From positions 25,484,001-25,548,000 of the forward strand of contig NC_086109.1 of NCBI RefSeq assembly GCF_963921235.1: DNA of 64,000 nucleotides, read 5' to 3'. This document shows, piece after piece, positions 26,177 to 38,400 of this stretch. A model generated the notes under the pieces. The model had not been told where the DNA came from. It saw nothing but the letters and a program-made list of their open reading frames with translations, and searched no databases. The position numbers and the translations under genes were made by a program. The DNA is from Mobula hypostoma. Taxonomy: Eukaryota. Each line of letters opens with the position of its first letter. Positions within the stretch are counted from its first letter, which is position 1.

Positions 26177-26906
26177 TTAGAAACATAGAAAACCTACAGC
26201 ACAATACAGGCCCTTCGGCGCACAATGCTGTGCCGAACACGTACTTACTTTAGAAATTACCTAGGGTTACCCATAGTCCTCTATTTTGCTGAGCTCCATG
26301 TACTTATCCAAGAAGTCTCTTAAAGACCCTATTGTATTCGCCTCCACCACCGCCACCGGCAGCCCATTCCATGCACTCACCACTCTCTGTCTAAAAAAAA
26401 CATACCCCTGACATCTCCTCTATCTACTTCCAAGCACCTTAAAACTGTGCTGTCTCGTGCTAGCAATTTCAGCCCTGGGAAAATGCCTCTGACTATCCAC
26501 ACGATCAATACCTCTCATCATCTTTTACACCTCTATCAGGTCACCTTTCATCCTCCGTCACTCCAAGGAGAAATGGCCTAGTTCACTCAACCTGTTTTCA
26601 TAACCATGCTCCCCAATCCAGGCAACATCCTTGTAAATCTCCCCTGCACCCTTTCTATAGCTTCCACATCTTTCCTGTAGTAAGGTGACCAGAATTGAGC
26701 ACAGTACTCCAGGTGGGGTCTGACTATGGTCCTATATAGCTGTAACATTACCTCTCAGCTCTTGAACTCAATCCCATTGCTGATGAGGGCCAATGCACCA
26801 TATGCCTTCTTAACCACACAGTCAACCTGCACAGCAGCTTTGAGTGTCCTATGGACTCAGACCGCAAGATCCCTCTGATCCTCCACATGGCCAAGAATCT
26901 TACCAT
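26177..26906 (-). mobile_element. CR1 LINE 3' fragment
   Basis: tagaaacatagaaa tail; gcacagtactccaggtggggtctgac (the PHLEYC motif on the minus strand). Confidence 0.85.
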
Positions 26907-28548
26907 GAATTCTTGAATGTCTGTATGAACTGGGCCCGTTCTTGACCTATAACCAGGTTGGAGGCACCACTGTGATCTCAGAGGTGGTCTGGAGAACTGG
27001 AGAAGGTTCCCAAGGTGAGGCCAAGGAAGGTTTTGAAAACAAGGGTCAGAATTTTAAAAAATATGTACCAAAATCAGGCTGATGACCACACAATTTTTGG
27101 TTGAAATCAGGATGCAAGTGGCAGAGTTTTGGATCTCGAATGTTAGATGGGAGACCATCAATTGGCCATAACTAGAGGTTTTAAGTGTATGGATAAGAGT
27201 TTGTGCAATTGTAGAACTGATATAGGGACAGAGTTCAGTCACATTAGAAGAAGGAATTAGACAACATGGATAGCTGAGCAGGCTTGTAATTGAAAAATTC
27301 ATGGAATAGAGAATAACAGTGGTGCTGGGAACACTCTGTTGCAGCCTTTGAAAGATGCCAGCGAAGGGGTAAGTACATAGCAAGTGTAATATGTAGAAAA
27401 ATGTCCCAAGGGCTGATAAATAGAGACAACAAACACAAGACGGAATGAAGGCTGAGAAACAATGTCTAACTAACAGGGCATGGTGCAGGATATTCTACTG
27501 AAGTGAAATCTGGGACATTTTCTGTACGATGATACCCAGGTGATTGTCGCAGCTGTAAATACATTTGGAAAATATAACAAATGCCAGGGGCCTTTTTGGA
27601 TCATTTCCCGCATCCTCCTGTGACTCATGATGTATGACTTAATTTATTCAAGGATTCAGCAGACTTGTGTCAGTGCGAGGAAGGCGTTCGCCATCTGATC
27701 CGACCCCAGGTGGTCGTCACAGCTCCACGTTCAGCAATGGACTGCACAAAGGGTGGTAATCCTCAGTAGTCTAAATATACCCCCTGAAAACTGCTGCACC
27801 CCCACCATGACCAGCAGCAGATCTGTACTACCAGCAGTACATCATTCACTGATACACCTGCATCTAGTTGTGTCTAGCAGGTTACCTCCACTGTAATAAC
27901 AGACGGTCAGACCTGTGTGTACAGTCAGCCACAGACCTGCAACCAATAGAATTCTAGAGTCACAGAGAAGTACCAGAAGAGAAACAGGCCCTTCAGCCCA
28001 TTCAGACCATACCGAAACCTTTTAGACTTTCTCCAGCATCAGACAGTGACAGATCTGTACCCAACCGTTCTTATTTTATTAAAGACAGAATCATACCATG
28101 AAGTGTGTATCCAGATGGTATCCACTTGTACTGTAACATGAGAGGTCGTTACTCAGTACATCCATACTGTAGCTCAATTGTATTCAATTATAGAACTGTA
28201 GTCATCAGTATCGTGTCCTCACCTTATAACACCACATCCCTTACCCATCAAGGTGCTTTAAGGTTACATATTGAGATGAGGAGTCAAATGCCCTCTTCCT
28301 GAACTGCAAATCTAATTTTAAGTGATAAAGGATTAAAGGACATATACTACAAGAAGAGGTTGGTCAAACTAGAGATGCTTTCTCTGGAGCTCAAGAGGCT
28401 GAGGGGGAGACAGGTTAGAAGTTTATAAAATGATGAGAGACATAGAGTAGCACAAACATGAGGAATTCTGCAGATGCTGGAAATTCAAGCAACACACATC
28501 AAAGTTGCTGGTGAACGCAACAGGCCAGGCAGCATCTATTAGAAGAGG

Positions 28549-28590
28549 TACAGTCGACGTTTCAGGCCGAGTCCCTTCGTCAGGACCTGT
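28549..28590 (-). ncRNA. Minimal type I hammerhead ribozyme motif
   Basis: acaggtc-CTGACGA-a-GGGACTCGGCCT-GAAAC-GTC-gactgta. Stem I pairs with one bulged G. Confidence 0.6.
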
Positions 28591-28593
28591 CGT

Positions 28594-28631
28594 GACTCCT
28601 GACGAAGGGTCTCGGCCCGAAACGTCGACTG
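28594..28631 (+). ncRNA. Minimal type I hammerhead ribozyme motif
   Basis: gactc-CTGACGA-a-GGGTCTCGGCCC-GAAAC-GTC-gactg. Core and stem II intact; stem I imperfect. Confidence 0.6.
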
Positions 28632-29957
28632 TACCTCTTCCAATAGATGCTGCCTGGCCTGCTGCATTCACCAGCAATTTTGATGTGTGTTGCAGAGACA
28701 TAGAGTAGATAGCCATACATTTTCTCCCCCAAAGGTCAAAAATGTCCAGCACTAAAGGGCATGCAATGAAGGTGAGAGAGAGAAATTACAAAAGAGATAT
28801 GCAAGGCGGTGCACACCTCTTTTCACACAGGGAGTAGTGGGTGCAGAAATGCACCGCCAAGGATGATGGTGGATACGACTGAGACTTTTATGATGCTCTT
28901 AGATAGATAGGCATGTAAATATGCCGGGTCTGGAGCGATACGGACAAGGAACAGACAGAAGGTATGAGGTATCCTTCGCTGAATTAGTTTGGAACAACAT
29001 CATGGGCCGACGAGCCTATTCCTCTGCTGTGTTCTACATTCCAAATCTCTGTACTGAATCCTTGAGCTATAAAGTTGCAAACCTAAACATATTTGCATGG
29101 TATTCCAGTGCTATACAGTAACAGACATCCACCAGCAGTTCAAGTTACTCCCTCCACCATACACAATTTTTTCGATTTTCTGAAAGTCCTAAACCAATGG
29201 CAATGTGAACCAGCCTCGATCTCATGGACTATTGTGGCTCATTGTTACTTTGTTACCATGAAGGACCAATGGATGTAGAACTGACAGAAATGTCCAGCTT
29301 CTAGGGATGAATTTTAAAACAGTTAAAATCCATATCTCCAGCAAATAAGCAAGCATCATGCGCGAGTCAAACTTCTGCTGATATCTGCTGACTTCTGTGA
29401 GAATCACAAGAGATTTAGCTTCCCAGGAGATAAACAAGATACTGTAGATGCTGAAATTTGGAGCAAATAATAAATGCCAAAAGAACTCAGTGGGTGAGGC
29501 AGCATCTATGGAGAAAGAAGGGATATGTTAACATTTCGGATTGAGGGCTTCCATCAGTTGTTGCTTCATCTGCTGAGTTTTTCCAGAAGTTCAGTTTTTG
29601 CAATTAGCTGTCTGGATGTGGAAATGATAACAATTTGATGGACAGGTACAAAAATTAATTAAAGAATATGGTCAATCAGCTTTAGCTCAAATGATGCCTG
29701 AATACAAACAGTTGGAATGTCATAGTCATATAAATTCATCAAGTCAAATTTACACTCTATTGAGAGTACTTCTATCAGCTTTGGGCATAGCATCTCAGAG
29801 TAGGTGTAGTAATGTTTTGCGAGTGGTGGATGGGACAATGGCGGGAGATAGTTACAAAGCAGTTTCTGGTCCTGACTGAATAATAAGGCAGGTTGGGCAT
29901 GAGAAGCTTGTATGCCTATATGCCTTCAAATTTATAAGGTTATGCCATGATGTAATT

Positions 29958-30142
29958 GGACTCTGCTATCAATGATCCCAAGTCTGGCTGCTAAAGGAGG
30001 AGGGTTGGCCATGGGGCTAGCAACTCCACCTCATAAAAACCCAGAGCTACAGAAACCCCAACAGAAGCTAATGGACAAAGGACTCTGGCAAGCTACTGTC
30101 TGCAGCCTATGCCACAGAGGGGGCAATGAGCTTAAGTAAGTA
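29958..30142 (+). mobile_element. 185-bp RTE-type non-autonomous element with twister-like head and 11-bp TSD
   Basis: TSD atgatgtaatt at 29947-29957 and 30143-30153; (taag)n tail; RTE 5'UTR-like gggttggccatggggctagcaactccacctcataaaa. Confidence 0.8.
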
Positions 30143-32924
30143 ATGATGTAATTCAGGTATTTAAGGTAATTAAAAGATTTCATAAAGATGGAGGGAGACC
30201 ATTTCTTCAGATGGGAGACTTCAACTGTCGTGGTAGTTAAGGGGTAAGCCACCCCCAAATGGGCGGAGTTCACATACTGTATAAACAGAGTTACCAACAA
30301 AGTTGAGTTGAATACCCTGCCTGCTGCCCTGCTGGTGTGTGCTCTCTGCCCTATCCCTCATTATCGAACTCAACACCAACAAACAGACACCATACTAAAA
30401 TGAGAGTTAGGTTGATCAGGGATGGTGCCATATGTCAGGAAAGAATCTTTCAGTCAACAGAAACTCTGTCCCTTCCCTCCTGCAGAATGCTACGTTCCGA
30501 CAATCTTTCTCCTTTCTTCTCAGTCCGAGGCCTGATGCGCATCCTTTGGCGCCACAGATGCTGCTTGGGTTGTTCCAGAATTTTGTTTTGTGCTACAGAT
30601 TCCAGCACTTGCAGATTTTTTTTTTTGTCTTCAATCCACAAACTTTGGAATTCTGAAACTATTGAGAGCTCTCTCAATCAAATAGAAATATTAAAAAAAA
30701 CGAGACTGACCAAGTGTTATCACATGAGGAATGTGGAACCTATGTGGGAAATGGATTTAAGCCATTATAATCTGAATAAATTCAGCAGGCTGAATGGCTC
30801 AATATTTCTGTTGTGTTTCTGTGTAGGAGGGTACGTAATTAAGGATTAGCACAGATCAGGGATACTATGTAGGAAAGTGTCCAGGAGAGGTGTTAGACCC
30901 TCATGCTAAATGGTAAGTGGAGGGATGACTTTAATGTCTTATGTCATTAGACAGTTATGAAGGGCTCATCATCCCGAGAGAGGAGGGAGATAGAGGCAAA
31001 TGGCTTTCTCACCTAACACTGCTGGCTTCTATGATATTTGTTTATTATTATTATCATCACATGTACCAAGGTACAGTGAAAAGCTTGTCTTGCAAGCTGC
31101 TTATACAGATCAAATCATTGCACCGTGCAGTAAAATAGAAACAATGCAGAACTAAGTGTAAAAGTGAAAAGTGCAGTGCAAGATGATAATGGGGTAGATT
31201 GTAAGGCCAAGAGTCCATCTTAATGTACAAGAGATGTAGTCAAGGGTCTGGAAATAGTGGCTAGGCTAAATGAAATTGAGGGGATGACTATGAGTACAAG
31301 AAGAAAGAGAGGCTCTGTGAATGAAATCTGGATTCCATACTCGAAGGAGATTAGATTCAACTTTATTGTCATTGTGCCGAGTACAGATAATGAAATGCCA
31401 ATGAAATGCATTTAGCATCTGACTTATATCTGAGATGTAGACTGGGCAGCAAGTTAGTGCCCAAGGACTGTCACTAGATTAATTAGTTTATGAAGATCAA
31501 ACATGCAGCTTGGTATTAGCCAGTAGTAGATGAATACTCATGCCTCAGTCTCTGAGTTTACTGATACACTTACCTGCAGTTCCTGGACGTGTGAATGAGA
31601 TGTGCTCAATTGCTTATGTTGGATCAGACTGGGCTGAGGGAGGATATAGCCCTGAAAACATATCAGAAAACACTAAATGGGTCTGAAGGAGTGACTTATC
31701 CTCGCTTTCTCTTTCTCTCTCTCTCTCTGCAGTGACTAGATGGAAGGCCTCAGTGATTTTACTTTATGACCTTGTAATTTTTAATGCTGAGCAGTTTGCG
31801 AACTGCATCTTAGTTTGAACTAGGAATTTTCTTCGGCAGCAGAATCTCCTTCATTAACACCCAGGAGTGAACAACTGTGCAATATCTTTATAGGGAAGAA
31901 CTGAAGAAGGGAATTACAATATCTACCAGAAAGTGGAAGGGACAGCAATAATCTTTCAGTATCCAGAGAGAACCTGTCTAATTAACCAGATAGTGAAAGG
32001 GATCTAGCTTACTTCACATAAAATCTAGGGGCTGGAGTGCGGTAGCAGATAATTTCTCCGAGTGGAGAGGAATGGGTAAATTTCCAGAAGGTAAAGCAAG
32101 GTTGTGGATGATGCGTAGTCTCCCTCCTCCCACTCCCCACCAATTCAATGATGGGGTCAGGTGAGGAGCTGTGTAATTTCCCAATAGGTTTGTGAACCTG
32201 GATAATTTCCCAATTTAGGGGAGGGGGAGGAGCATGCAATTTACCGGAGCATGGGGAGTGGGGATCCATAGCAGGTGGATCCCTGTGACTTTCTTGTGGA
32301 TAAAGGAAATGTTATTTCTCTGAAGTGTTCACATTCCCAGTCAACTTGGAAGCTGAAATGGCTCTGACTAAATCTGCTCACCAACACATGCCATTAACTC
32401 CCAGCTTTTAGTCATCCTTGGGCACTGGTCCTTTATCCTTCACCATTTCGTGAATTCATTACCTCCTTCCTCCAATGCTTCACCTGAAGAGGTTGTCTCC
32501 TTGCTGGTTTACAGTTGCATTAAAATTATGATCAATTCTTCAGTTATGGATTTTCAGCAACCATATTGTTAAGTATTTTTATCATTACTGGACCCCAGTA
32601 TGCCTGACCTGAATTTGAATGACAGGCTGAATTTTTTGAAGGACATCTATCTTCAGGGTGCTTCTGATCTTATTATGAAAAATATATTTACAGAAAATGA
32701 AGGATTTGTGAATGACTAGAATGTAAGATGTTCCATCACTCTAATCAGAACTCATCTACGACAGAATTTCAATTATGCTGTTGTGTTGAAGTCTGATCAC
32801 GTATCACTGAGCGTTTATTATGTTAGACTGAAATAGTTATCAATATCTTATGGCATTCAAATAAAATGTTTCATGCTAGATACATAAAACAGAAGATCTT
32901 GCATTCAGCTGCAAGCGCTTCATC

Positions 32925-33590
32925 AACACATACAAAATGCTGGAGAAACTCACTAGGTCAAGCAGCATCTATGGAGGAAAATTAAAAAGTCAATGTTTCA
33001 GGTCGAGACCCTTCTTCAGGACTGGATCATCATCACGGGTTGGGTGAGAAGGCAGAATAAGAAGGTGGGGTGGGAGGGGAAAGAGCACAATCAGGCACAT
33101 GATAGGCAAGACCAAATGAGGGGGATTGATAGCTGGGAGGTGATAGCTGGAAGAGGTAAGAGGCAGAAGAAGAAGGAATCTAATAGGGGAAGATAGTAGG
33201 CCAAGGAAGAAAGGGAAGAGGAAGGGAACAAGATGGTCTAGTGAGATGAAGAGAAGGAGAAAGTGTGAAATCAGAATTAGGAATGGAAGACAAGGGCAAG
33301 GGGGACAGGGGAGGAATTACCAGAAGTTAGAGAAATCAATGTTCAGGCCATCAGAATATTTCCAGCATCTAAAGAATCTCTTGAGTTTATGATGTGCCAG
33401 ATGAACTCAGGAGGCCAGGTTACATCCAGAGAGGGAAAAGAACAGTCAAAGTGTCAGGCTGGTGAAGTGTCGCGGCCCAAAATGTCAACTGTTTTTTTTT
33501 CCCTCCTTATATGCTGCTGGACCCGCTGAGTTCCTCTAGCATTTTGTGTGTGTTACTTTAGTTTGCCAGCATCTGCAGGCTCTCATGGGT
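32925..33590. mobile_element. Penelope-like fragments: 3' end with ORF terminus plus a degenerate hairpin copy
   Basis: Minus strand 33317-33352 reads DGLNIDFSNFW*. Hammerhead motif agtc-CTGAAGA-a-GGGTCTCGACCT-GAAAC-ATT-gact at 32988-33023 (minus). Confidence 0.8.
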
Positions 33591-33664
33591 CAGGCATTTC
33601 ATCAATGTCTTTTTTTTGAAGCAAACTACTAAAAACAGCCAGAAAAGTTTGCTGACAGGACCAG

Positions 33665-33840
33665 GTCAGTCTTCGTCTAATGACCTCGCACAGCTCTCAT
33701 CTGGTGGTGATCTTACCCAGTCCTCAATTAATGACTTCATCTAACCTTCATTTAATTACCCCATGTAGTCCTCAGCTGGTGACCTCATCCAGTCCTCATC
33801 TGATAACCCCATCTAGTCCTCGTCTGATGATCTATCCAAC
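33665..33840. repeat. Degenerate ~22-bp tandem repeat (about 8 units)
   Basis: Recurring tgacctcatccagtcctcatct-like units. Confidence 0.7.
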
Positions 33841-36457
33841 CTGGTTTACTATCTAGGTTCAGAACCAGAAATATCAGCCAAAAAGTAGGGAGAGTGTTAA
33901 GGAGTTACGTGGCTGAAATTAGCTCATTTGCAGACGTTGTGTATTCCTGAGACCCTTAGCAATTTGCTTGCTGAGCCACTGAACTTTAAGAAATAAATTT
34001 GAATCAATTTATGCTGACAGTACAAATGAGTCACTAAAATAGAAAGTTAGACAAGCATGAAGCAGGCTAGTGTCTAAACTAATACTTGTTCATTATTGCT
34101 GACTGAGACAGCACTAGAGCTGGGAGCACAAATACTGCAACATAATATTTGATGCAAAAATTGCTAACAAATTAATCAATTAACAAGTATGTGCAAAAAT
34201 GTTATTTTTATATGGACGAGGATTTACATATCTCTTATTCAATACGAAACTGAAGAACCATTTGGAGCTTTGATGTCTTGTGAATTGTGCGCTATTAAAA
34301 ACATTTTCATTTGTTGGCAGCCAACACTGATTTCCATTTTCAAGACGTGCACTACTGTCAATGCTTATTGGTTTATTTGATTTGAAACATAGTATAGATC
34401 TTTTTGACTTATAGTAGTCAATGAATATTCTCCCTCATCACTTTGGAGAGCAATTAAGAGTCATTGTCGTGGGATGGGAGTTACATATGGACTCAGATAT
34501 GTTGAGTACAGCTGGTTTATTTCCCTAAAGAATATTAATGTACCAATAATCCCATAGTTTAATAATCATGTCTTTTGATCTGGAAGACCAAATAAAAAGA
34601 TGGTGGTTCATCTCAGAGGTGTGGATTAGGGTTGAACTAACATTTAGAAATAGACAACAAGGAGAGAGGAATGAAAGTCAGGAGGAGAATGAGACATAAA
34701 ACTTGGGAAAAGAGATAGTAATCTGAACAAGGAATTCATACAACAGAGAGAGAGAGAGAGAGATCAGATTCTGAGGTGAGGACAGAACAGGACAGGATAG
34801 AGAAAAAGAGAGAGAGATCAGATTCGAAAGTGGGGACAGAACAAGAGAGATATAGAAAGGGGAAATAATCATGAGGAGATAATTGGTTAAAAAAAGAGAC
34901 TGAGGGAGTGTCAGGAGAAGGAAAAGAGAATATGATAAAGAGTAGGTGTAGAAAAATGGAAGAATGGTACAAGTGAAGCAACTGGGAGAAGAATGGAGAG
35001 ACCAGAATTCAGAGATCAGATATGGAAAAGGGGAGATCAGGAAATGGGTATTGAAAGTTGAAATTCTGGATTGGGCCTTAAGTAGCGAAGATTCAGTGAA
35101 TTTGTAGCTGATGCTATAATGCAGGGTCTGGAGGAGCCAAGTTCATCCCTTCAGATTCCAAATCAGACAGATATAAAAAGTATCTATTTTTTTCATTTTA
35201 TTAGCAGCCTTCAGCAGCACTTTATTATCTGTTTTTTTAGCTGCTGAGTAGACAATCCACAATTAATACAGAAAGCACCATCCAATCTGAGAAATAGCCT
35301 CTTAATATGCATTGTAATAGGCTCAATGACTTCTGTTCTTTGTAACAATCCGTATGTTTCAGCTGGATGATCACACATAGCTCCTGTCAATATATTACTG
35401 GAAGGGTATTGCAATGACGGAGAGTAAAAATTTACTCAAGTGAGATCATAATTGAGAAGTTATAAGTGATAAAAATTGAGGCCTATTTAATCTAGAACAG
35501 AGAAAGTTAGCGGAAGATTTTTAATATGAGGAAGCATTTCCAGCTGGCCAATGAATAGTTAACAGGCACAAACTGAGGTTTAGCAAAGAAGTGAGAAATT
35601 TTTTTCCTCACGTGTCATAATTAAAAATGCATTACTTCCAGTGGATACTGAAGCAGAGAACACGACATCAGTTAACAGGGGACTGGATAAATAAAGAAAA
35701 AGATATGAGTAAGGATGTTTTGTAGATAACGTCAGTAGAGGGTAGCAACAAAAATGAAGGCATGACATTCAGTCTTCCTCAGTATTATAATTAAATAATT
35801 TGACTTGGGAATACGCAGAAGTAATAGGGATCAACACAAAACGACAGAATGGTAATTTTGATAAATATATACTTGTGCACAAATTGTATGCAGGAAATTT
35901 CTGAAAGATTGGGGAACAGACAGATATTCAACAATGAAGAAATCTCAATTACAGGTTGCTCTCTGCATTAAAGCACATGATGAGACACTGACCTACTTTA
36001 GGACAGTGATGCCAGCTGCACCAGAAACCCAGCAAAATGATGAACAACTCTGAGTACAGTCATCCCTTATTCCCAGTCTCCTCCTCCTTCCTCAACAAAA
36101 CTAAATCATTTCCTTCCAGGATCCTTAAACCATACAGTTCCTTCTCTTTCTCTTCTTTCTCACAAGGTCGACATGAAGGATAAAATGATTCAGACCAGTT
36201 GAGTCAATCATCCTCTATCCAACTACGTCTTGAAGTGCTCCCTTTGGATTCATATTTCCAAATTACTTCTTTTACTCATTTCAACCAGCATATCACATTG
36301 GGAACTGTGGTTATCCACTTTAAAATTAGCCTGTTATTAGATCCTGCCTTGGTCAGATCCTCCTAAAATAGAAGCTGCTAAGCATTTCCAATGCCCCACA
36401 CCTCCACGTGCTTCTCTGCTGCAGAAATAGTATCAGAACCAGAATGAAGACTCATGA

Positions 36458-36803
36458 ACAATGTTCCCTCTAATTTGTAATGGCCAACGTGCACAAAAAT
36501 CTTGCGCTGTGCAATTTTTTGACTGGAGCCAACAACATGTGCGCACTGAATAATTTCTTCAATAAAAACAGTATAAATAAGCCAATTCTAAAATCCGCCA
36601 ACAAATCATTGCAAACTCCACATTGTCAACACTGTCTGTATTGGAAACCGGAAAAGGAAATGTGATTGTGTACGATCCTGAAATATACTTAACATGCCAA
36701 CAAGGTAGAGGGTGACAACCTTTTGTGCACAGTTTTAATTCCTTTGTGAGCTAGTAGCAAGATGTGTGTGTGTGCACACTCACACACCTTTGTGGAAATA
36801 TTG
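36458..36803. mobile_element. Probable non-autonomous DNA transposon (hAT-like)
   Basis: Termini caatgttccctctaa ... tttgtggaaatattg form imperfect inverted repeats. Confidence 0.45.
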
Positions 36804-37344
36804 CTCACCAATGGAAATGCCCAATCAGGCCCCTCTTTGTTTGACCCTGAAATGATTCCAACTGTAAATTACTCTAGGTCAAATTAACTATCACTCAAAT
36901 AGTGCTGTGTGACTGAATTTCAACTTATAAAGCCATAGTCTGCCATTACCACAGGCAGCTTTTCTTCTCCCTGTGTGGAGAGACTGTCCCAAGTTTCATA
37001 GTTTTGTATTTTTAAATGCAGCATGCTGAGACTAACTGAGGAGTGGGTGTTGCCACACTGAAGCAGCCCTTCTTCAGATACATTACCATCCAGAATGAGT
37101 TCATTGCATTCTTGGTAGCATAGGATCTTTCCTCATTTCATGGAAATCATTCAACCTCAACAGACTAATTGGCCACCCATTCCATTGGTTTTTGGGAAGC
37201 TGGTTTTATGGACATTAAATTAAAACAGTTACTGCACAAAGCAGCAACATCTCTCAAACTAATCCAACTGGGCATTCAAGAGTGGATCAAGGAAAAGATT
37301 TAGGAGACCTGACTCATGATACAGGATCCCCAGGTTAATCCCAT

Positions 37345-37806
37345 GGCTATACTCTTTTCCTCAATGCCCAGATTAATGCCACTCTTGGCTATACTCTTTT
37401 CCTCAATGCCCAGATTAATGCCACTCTTGGCTATACTCTTTTCCTCAATGCCCAGATTAATGCCACTCTTGGCTATACTCTTTTCCTCAATGCCCAGATT
37501 AATGCCACTCTTGGCTATACTCTTTTCCTCAATGCCCAGATTAATGCCACTCTTGGCTATACTCTTTTCCTCAATGCCCAGATTAATGCCACTCTTGGCT
37601 ATACTCTTTTCCTCAATGCCCAGATTAATGCCACTCTTGGCTATACTCTTTTCCTCAATGCCCAGATTAATGCCACTCTTGGCTATACTCTTTTCCTCAA
37701 TGCCCAGATTAATGCCACTCTTGGCTATACTCTTTTCCTCAATGCCCAGATTAATGCCACTCTTGGCTATACTCTTTTCCTCAATGCCCAGATTAATGCC
37801 ACTCTT
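37345..37806. repeat. Perfect minisatellite, 11 x 42 bp
   Basis: Unit ggctatactcttttcctcaatgcccagattaatgccactctt; 462/42 = 11; no variant units seen. Confidence 0.97.
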
Positions 37807-38322
37807 CCACTTGTCACACCATCACTGCTTCTCTATATTGTGGCAAAAATCGCTCACTAATCTTACCTATTTTACACAGTGGAATAGTGACTTACTGGTT
37901 AAATTAATAGAATAGCAAGTTATGAGTTCGGACGAATTATCTATTGACAAGGTTCAAATCTAATCATTGTAGCCAATAGATTTAAATGCAATAAATTAAT
38001 GAAATTTTTAGCTTTAACTATTAAATCTCAGTATAAGATTGCTGTCCTGGAAGGAAATCTATTGCTCTTGTTTGGCCTACCTTATTATATGGATTCTTTG
38101 TGGTGAGTATTGATTCCAAACTTATCCCTCAATTCTGATCTTTCCACACACCCCTTTCTGAGTCCCAGTACCCTTTCCATCCACATCATTCATATGATTC
38201 TCAAGCCCAATCCAGTTTTCCATTCTCTCTTCTATTTATATTGCAATGCTGATGTTCCCCACTTTCTATAGAGCTCCGTTTTAACACTAATATAATCCTA
38301 TTGTTCCGTTCTCCGTCTAGTC

Positions 38323-38400
38323 CAGCTTGCAACCCTTTTCTATTCCATTGACCAATACCAGTAAGCAAAGGATCCGTGAAGCCCAAGTTGGGAACCCCTG
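38323..38400. mobile_element. hAT-type MITE
   Basis: Ends ttgggaacccctg; 8-bp flanks gtctagtc / ctctagtc. Confidence 0.7.

Larger units (their letters stand above)
28451..28693. mobile_element. 243-bp palindromic Penelope-derived insertion with 15-bp TSD, inside an old CR1
   Basis: TSD agagacatagagtag at 28436-28450 and 28694-28708; ~97-bp inverted arms at 28489-28585 and 28596-28693. Confidence 0.9.

Noticed and set aside
37316..37915. 199-aa repetitive ORF, or a CRISPR-like array
   Set aside because: Head-to-tail identical 42-bp units with no spacers in eukaryotic DNA. The ORF is a by-product of a unit length divisible by 3.
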